Position numbers and translations under genes: made by a program. Below the pieces are notes generated by a model that was not told where the DNA came from, ran no database searches, and worked only from the letters and a program-made list of their open reading frames with translations. Below, one piece after another: positions 58,637 to 64,000 of a stretch of 64,000 nucleotides of DNA. Position 1 is the stretch's first letter, and each line of letters starts with the position of its first letter. The stretch comes from Candidatus Latescibacterota bacterium (lineage in GTDB: Bacteria; Latescibacterota; UBA2968; UBA8231). The DNA lies in the NCBI GenBank assembly GCA_965208105.1, contig OZ242318.1:352001-416000 (forward strand), given 5' to 3'.

Positions 58637-59200
58637 CTATTTTCTCCCGGGGGTCCAGATCCCATACAGGCGGCGCAATAAAATTTGCAACAGGAGAATG
58701 GTAATGATGGTCTCAGGAATGATATAACTGCCGTTATAGATCAGTGAATACAGCCATACTGGCTGGCCCGCCGGTGCGAGATGGCCGAAGAAGACCATGC
58801 CGGAAACAAAATGGGAACAAAACCTTGCCCCATTCCCAACGACCACTCCAAGGAGGATTCCCGCCCGCGTGCGGATGCTTGAAGAATTCTCCGGTCCAAG
58901 CCTTACAGCTGTCAACCCGGCAAGTCCCACGGCTCCAAATGCGACCGGGTAATCCAAAAGGACCTGGACGGGATGAAATAGAAAGGGACTGATCAGCAAT
59001 TCTGCCAAACCATAGATCGCACCGGCGGCGACACCTGCTTTCCATCCATGCCGAAAGGCAACGACGAATATGGGAAGCATGCGCAAGCTTATCGAGCCGC
59101 CGTATGGCAAGCGCGGAACCGGCAGCATCTTGGAGACCAAGTCCAGCACAATTGCAAGTGCAACCGCCATTGCCAACTCTGCAAGAAGTTGGATTCTCAT
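58637..59200 (-). CDS. thiT: energy-coupled thiamine transporter S component ThiT
   Basis: LPYGGSISL.MLP, HPVQVLLDYP, HFVSG.VFF, YSLIYNGSY. Confidence 0.92.
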   Translation of the reverse strand: MRIQLLAELAMAVALAIVLDLVSKMLPVPRLPYGGSISLRMLPIFVVAFRHGWKAGVAAGAIYGLAELLISPFLFHPVQVLLDYPVAFGAVGLAGLTAVRLGPENSSSIRTRAGILLGVVVGNGARFCSHFVSGMVFFGHLAPAGQPVWLYSLIYNGSYIIPETIITILLLQILLRRLYGIWTPGRK

Positions 59201-59402
59201 TCAATGATTCAACGCCCCTGGTTGCGGATCAAATCCTCAGTTACGAATTTCCGTCAAATTCCGGGAGTCTTCAGATAGTTATCTTCCCTCCGGTACCCGG
59301 AACGACACCGGATCTTACCAGTGGACAAAGCGATGGTCGAAGGGCGGGTACTCCTTTCACCCATTCAAAGGGGATATGTTGCCTCGGTGAATTCGGCAAA
59401 AG

Positions 59403-60404
59403 CTAATTCATCCGCTGAATGATCATGAACCCCATTGACACCCGGACAATTTCGCTTATTTCACCCACCTGTAACTGCATAACGGCTGCTTCAAATTCCG
59501 ACATTAACTCTCCTGCTCCGAAAAAGTCGGTATCCCCTCCAAACTGGGCATTTGGTGCCAGGGAAAATTTCTGAGCAAGTGAACCAAAATCCTCCCCGCT
59601 TTCGATACGCTGCAGCAAATCCCTTGCAGCTGCCTGACTCTTGACCAGAATGTAGCGCGCCCGCACCTTCCCATCCATTATTGCCCTCACCGCCTCGATC
59701 TGGAGGTTGGTTGTGTGAGCTTCAAAGGCGTCCCCGGCCAGGTCTTTTGCGCGTTTGTAGTACTCGAGAGCCTGCCTGTATTGTCTTTGCCTGGCATGAA
59801 GAAAGGCAATGTTATTATGGGCTTCGAAGTCATTGGGCAAATAGTCCAGGATTTTCTCAAAATGCTTCCTGGCCGTATCGAAGGAATCGGCGTGGGTGAA
59901 GTAGAATCCGAGGAAGCGGTGGGCTTCGGGATTGCGCGTATCGATTCGGAGAGCGCTATCGAGATGGGCCTTGGCCTTGAGGTGCTCTCCGGCTTGAAGG
60001 TAGAGACCACCAAGCGAACTGTGAACCGCACCCGCATCCGGGGCAAGAACCAGGGCTTCCTTGACGTAGTGAATGGCCGAATCAAGCTTGCCGCTCGCCA
60101 GGTAAATTTCTCCCAAGCGGGAATAGACCGAAAGCTGGCCGGGCCTTTCCCTCAGTGATTTCCGGAAGGTGGTCACTGCCATGTTGAAGTTCTCGACCCT
60201 CAAATAGGCTTCCCCCAGGCGATTGAGGAATTGGGCGCTTCCGGCGCCAGCGGCCAGAGCCTTTTCATACTCTTCGATTGCCCTGTCCAGCTGACCCTGT
60301 GAAGCGAGCAGGTCCCCCTGCTGCACGTGCTTCAGGATTGATGATTCAGAAAATGCCGGGGCAAAGGCCAGGCATACCAAAAGAACAAAAAGAATGCTTC
60401 TCAT
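59403..60404 (-). CDS. exported TPR protein with C-terminal parvulin (PpiC) PPIase domain
   Basis: signal peptide, TPRs, ARYILV, F..LAQKFS, GGD...F, EFE.AV, S.IVR..MGF.II. Confidence 0.85.
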   Translation of the reverse strand: MRSILFVLLVCLAFAPAFSESSILKHVQQGDLLASQGQLDRAIEEYEKALAAGAGSAQFLNRLGEAYLRVENFNMAVTTFRKSLRERPGQLSVYSRLGEIYLASGKLDSAIHYVKEALVLAPDAGAVHSSLGGLYLQAGEHLKAKAHLDSALRIDTRNPEAHRFLGFYFTHADSFDTARKHFEKILDYLPNDFEAHNNIAFLHARQRQYRQALEYYKRAKDLAGDAFEAHTTNLQIEAVRAIMDGKVRARYILVKSQAAARDLLQRIESGEDFGSLAQKFSLAPNAQFGGDTDFFGAGELMSEFEAAVMQLQVGEISEIVRVSMGFMIIQRMN

Positions 60405-60410
60405 GTCTCC

Positions 60411-62117
60411 TCAGCTGCTTCCGAATATTTCCAGAAAGCGGTTTTCGGCTTCCACGCTGCCGATGAGTATCATTTCTCTACCTTGGGGCAGGGGCAGGGT
60501 CGGGTCAGGATTGATTTCCATTTGATCGCCATCGACGATCGCGATCACGGTACATCTGGTTTCCCTGCGAATTGATGAATTGGCCAAGCTCTTACCGACC
60601 AGGGAGGGAGGGATTTTTACCTTGAACACATCCAACCCTTCGTCCACCATCAGAATATCGCTGCGCTCGAGCAAATTGAAAATGGCGTTGGCTCCCATCG
60701 AGGCATATGACATGACGAAGTCCGCCCCGGCTCGATGAAGTGTCGAAACATTCCTTTCCAGTGTAGCCCGGCCGATGATTTGAATATCGGGCCTCAGGTG
60801 CCGGCAGTAAATCGTGAGGTAGATATTCGTCTCATCTTCGCGGGTCGTAATGAGCACTGTAGGGGCCTCAGTGATCCCTGCCTCCTTCAGAACCTCCAGG
60901 TCCGCCGCATTTCCTAGCAGGTACTTTTCAGTATTCTGAACGCGCTCCGGCAATTGCTCAACAATGAGGTAGTCAGTCCCCTGCTCCTCGAGAGTCCTGC
61001 CCGCTGCCCTGCCAACCCGGCCGCCGCCAATAATTATTACGGGAACATCAGAGGTATTGTCGGCGCGAAATTGCTGGTTGTAATTTTCCAGCTGGTTCTG
61101 GGAACCCGCCAGCACTAACATTGCACCCGGACCGACGAGAGTCTCGGGCCTGGCAGTTTTGAACTCCCCCCGTTCCCAGACCCCCACAACCGTCACTCCG
61201 ACTTTTCTGCGCAATCCGATTTCGGCGAGGGTCTGGCCGACAAGGGATGTCCCGGCCGCGGTGGCTTTGGCAATCAGGAGATGGCTGAATTGGCCTATCG
61301 GCCGTGCCGGGGCGCGGCCACCTCTTGCATGCCGCGCCAGAGATTGGCCCATCATCTCGCCCAGTTGGAGCACCCGGGAACAGCCTGCAAGTTCGAGGAT
61401 GTCCACAGAAGCAGGGTCCCGCGCGGTGGCGACGATTGGTACAGCTTCCGAGGTTTCTCGTACTGTAAATGCCAAACTGGTGTTGGTCGCGTCTGTGGAG
61501 GTCATGGCCACCAGTGCGGCCTTTTCTATCTGAACTTTGCGATAGGTTTCAGGATTGTCCAGGTCGCCGACCACCACCCTCAATCCCAGGTCGTACAGGC
61601 GCGACGCCTCCAATGGATCCGCAACCACCAAAACGTAAGGGTAACGGTACTGGGTTAATTTGTGAATCAAAGCACTTGTGACCGGATCGTAATACGTGAT
61701 CACAACATGGCCATGGGTGTCCTCGGAGAGTTTCCGGGGAATCCGGGAAGCGGACTGAGTTTCCATCCACGGCAAGTAGAAAAATTGAATGAATGTGAAA
61801 GGCAGAATGATCAGGATGAAGGCCACACCGGACAGGAGGACAACCATGGAGAACACACGACCCCAATCCTCAGTGAAGACAATATCTCCATATCCCAGGG
61901 TCGTCATGAGGGTCAGGGTCCAGTAGACCCCGGTAAACCAGCTGAAATCGCGCCCCTCATGAGCCATGAGAAGGTGAAAAAGGACGCTGTAAATACCCAC
62001 CAAAATGACCAAAGTCCCAAGCAACCAAAGCAATACCTTGAGTTTTTGGCGATTGGTGGGGTTGCGCGAAAAGCCGAGCAGATGGGGAACGAGATGTTTC
62101 ACGAGCTCGAACGGCAT
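60411..62117 (-). CDS. potassium channel protein (2 TM + pore) with tandem RCK/TrkA domains; start uncertain
   Basis: MTTLGYGD selectivity filter; IIGGGRVG; TrkA_N and TrkA_C repeats. Confidence 0.9.
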   Translation of the reverse strand: MPFELVKHLVPHLLGFSRNPTNRQKLKVLLWLLGTLVILVGIYSVLFHLLMAHEGRDFSWFTGVYWTLTLMTTLGYGDIVFTEDWGRVFSMVVLLSGVAFILIILPFTFIQFFYLPWMETQSASRIPRKLSEDTHGHVVITYYDPVTSALIHKLTQYRYPYVLVVADPLEASRLYDLGLRVVVGDLDNPETYRKVQIEKAALVAMTSTDATNTSLAFTVRETSEAVPIVATARDPASVDILELAGCSRVLQLGEMMGQSLARHARGGRAPARPIGQFSHLLIAKATAAGTSLVGQTLAEIGLRRKVGVTVVGVWERGEFKTARPETLVGPGAMLVLAGSQNQLENYNQQFRADNTSDVPVIIIGGGRVGRAAGRTLEEQGTDYLIVEQLPERVQNTEKYLLGNAADLEVLKEAGITEAPTVLITTREDETNIYLTIYCRHLRPDIQIIGRATLERNVSTLHRAGADFVMSYASMGANAIFNLLERSDILMVDEGLDVFKVKIPPSLVGKSLANSSIRRETRCTVIAIVDGDQMEINPDPTLPLPQGREMILIGSVEAENRFLEIFGSS

Positions 62118-62154
62118 CGATTGAGGGATGGAGTCCAGGGACGAGTCATGCAAT

Positions 62155-63102
62155 CTAACCTTTGGTCATCCATGGGGTTGTTGAGAGGATTTTGGATTGA
62201 GCTGGAAGACTTTGCACGCCGTTCAACTTGAAGATATTTCGAAAGACCAGGATCGAACCGCATGCTCCCGGAACCAGGACGTTGAGCGCAAAAATGAGGA
62301 TAGCCGAATTAAAGGCCGCAAGCGGATCAGCTTCGAGCATGCCGAGTACCAGCACGGCAGCCCCTTCGCGGACTCCCAGGTCCATGAAGCTTATGGGAAG
62401 AATGGACTTCAACCCAAAAATCACCGGGATTCCCCATAAGGCAATTCCAGGGACAGGTCCCCAGCTGCGAACCAGGATGTAGAACTGTGTGAAAAGGACC
62501 AGGTTGAAGAGAATTGACCAAGTCAACCCCCTTGCCCAAACTCCCCCGGGAGCTCGTTCGACCGCCTTCCAGACCCGGTGTATCCAACCATCCCCGCTCC
62601 CCGTCCCGGCCTTCGCTCCGGCCAAGGCCAAAATCACCAGTGATGCCAACAGGAGGACAAGACCAGGTTTGGCCCCGGGAAATATCACCCAAAGCCCCAC
62701 CCATGCCGCGGCAAGAGTTGCTGCCAGCGAACAGAGGCGGTCCACCCCTGCTGCCCCCACCCAGGTCGCGCGGTCTCCAACAAGAAATATCCCTCTTCCC
62801 AGCTCTCCCAATCGTCCCGGGGACACGAGGCCGAGGGCGAAACCAATCAGCAGGGAGTGCATCCCGTCCCCCCAGGTAGTCTGCGGACGATAGTGCCTGA
62901 GAAGCTGCTTCCATTTCACCCACTGTATTCCAAGTCCCAAGAGGGCAAGAAGCCCTGCCAAGGCTATCCACCCCGGGTCCATTTGTTTCCAGGCTTCCCA
63001 GAGACGGCCTGGCTTCAGATAGACCCCCAAGCTTCCCAGGAAGATGGCGGCAAGACCTATTTTCAGAATGGGAAGCCAGTGACCGGTTTGAAGAAGTTTC
63101 AC
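62155..63102 (-). CDS. lysylphosphatidylglycerol synthase TM-domain protein; start uncertain
   Basis: KWKQLL, SPGRLGELGR, DR, PIS..DLGVRE. Confidence 0.85.
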   Translation of the reverse strand: MKLLQTGHWLPILKIGLAAIFLGSLGVYLKPGRLWEAWKQMDPGWIALAGLLALLGLGIQWVKWKQLLRHYRPQTTWGDGMHSLLIGFALGLVSPGRLGELGRGIFLVGDRATWVGAAGVDRLCSLAATLAAAWVGLWVIFPGAKPGLVLLLASLVILALAGAKAGTGSGDGWIHRVWKAVERAPGGVWARGLTWSILFNLVLFTQFYILVRSWGPVPGIALWGIPVIFGLKSILPISFMDLGVREGAAVLVLGMLEADPLAAFNSAILIFALNVLVPGACGSILVFRNIFKLNGVQSLPAQSKILSTTPWMTKG

Positions 63103-63526
63103 AGGCAGGCTGCGGACGAGGGAATGAGGTGAGAGAGAAAGTCGCCGAAAAATCAGCGTAGAACACAGAAGATTCCCACCCGGCAAGCGCTCGTAAGGTA
63201 TAGCGGTCATGCGCTCTTCAGAGCACGAGCGAGAAGGCATCGAAAGCGGCAATGGAGGAGGGTGGACCCGCTCCCGCCTTACCAGACTGGAATGCCTCAA
63301 AAATTTGCTTCAGCCCGATGCTCCGTGGAACCAGAAGCATTAATGCGGCTAGGAAAAATAGATGGGAGCCTTTCCGAAGTCAAGCAATTACCTTCTTCCC
63401 TGTGAGTCGTCGGCTATCCGGCCTGGTCGCATGGGTAATGATTGCCAGGTTCCCCGTTCCATTCGCATCCGGTAATCCATTCAATTTCCAAGGGGAATGG
63501 ACAAAGGGAGATATCCAGACCGGGCC

Positions 63527-64000
63527 TCAGTCCCGAAAGAGGAAGGTGACCACATCTCCGTCCTGGACGATATAGTCTTTGCCTTCGGTGCGCAGTTTTC
63601 CTGCATCCTTCAGTCTTGCCAAACTGCCCGCAGATATCAAGTCTGCAGATGAAACTATTTCGGCGCGGATAAATCCGCGCTCCATGTCGCTGTGTATCCT
63701 GCCCGCCGCCCTGGACGCCTCCGTTCCCCTGGGCAACTGCCAGGCCTGGAGCTTGCGGTTTGCCACGGTGTAGAAGGTAATCAAATCGAGCAACTGGTAG
63801 CTGGCAAGAATGAGCCGCTCGATTCCATTGGCCTCCAATCCCAACTCGGCCGAAAATTCACCTCTTTCCCCGGCAGGAAGTTGCGCAATTTCGGCTTCGA
63901 GCTGGGCGGCGACGGGAAGCACCCTGCTCTTGCCTACTCGTTCTTCAAGAGGACCGATCTCCCCCTGCTCGACCTGGGTTGATTCTCCTTCGATATTGGC
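63527..64000 (-). CDS. ychF: redox-regulated ATPase YchF, C-terminal part (5' truncated by window)
   Basis: LITFYT, AAGRIHSDMERGFIRAE, EGKDYIVQDGDV. Confidence 0.95.
   Translation of the reverse strand, partial: ANIEGESTQVEQGEIGPLEERVGKSRVLPVAAQLEAEIAQLPAGERGEFSAELGLEANGIERLILASYQLLDLITFYTVANRKLQAWQLPRGTEASRAAGRIHSDMERGFIRAEIVSSADLISAGSLARLKDAGKLRTEGKDYIVQDGDVVTFLFRD

Overview
Bacterial chromosomal window of about 55-60% GC (visual estimate). An FCB-group lineage such as Latescibacterota or Gemmatimonadota is inferred from a PorV/PorQ-like barrel and a bS22-type ribosomal protein; this is not verified. Most of the window is housekeeping: ftsH (partial), cysC, pyrH, purB, mreBC, hup, four tRNAs, miaA, der, rimP-nusA-infB-ylxP-rbfA-truB-RFK-rpsO-pnp, asnS, leuS, mutL, hprK, rsgA, apt, thrC/metB and ychF (partial). 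The notable parts are: (1) an 8-gene envelope-stress/polyamine operon (J-domain protein with a PspA-like N-terminal helix, CesT/YbjN chaperone, PspA, Tat-exported flavin oxidoreductase, membrane SpeE, DUF4178, GK-tailed lipoprotein, DUF350); (2) a lone Xer-like tyrosine recombinase bracketed by two inverted 28-bp dif-like sites, with a third weaker site, at the point where gene orientation converges; (3) a TPAT (TatT+TRAP) transporter linked to a lipoprotein aminopeptidase; (4) an IS630 with a -1 frameshift and three copies of a ~168-bp CTAG-bounded MITE, two of them at TAG stop codons; (5) an unannotated 31-aa bS22-like ORF, a frameshifted cutA and a plant-like TS/CGS pair. All family assignments come from motif recognition by eye, with no database searches.
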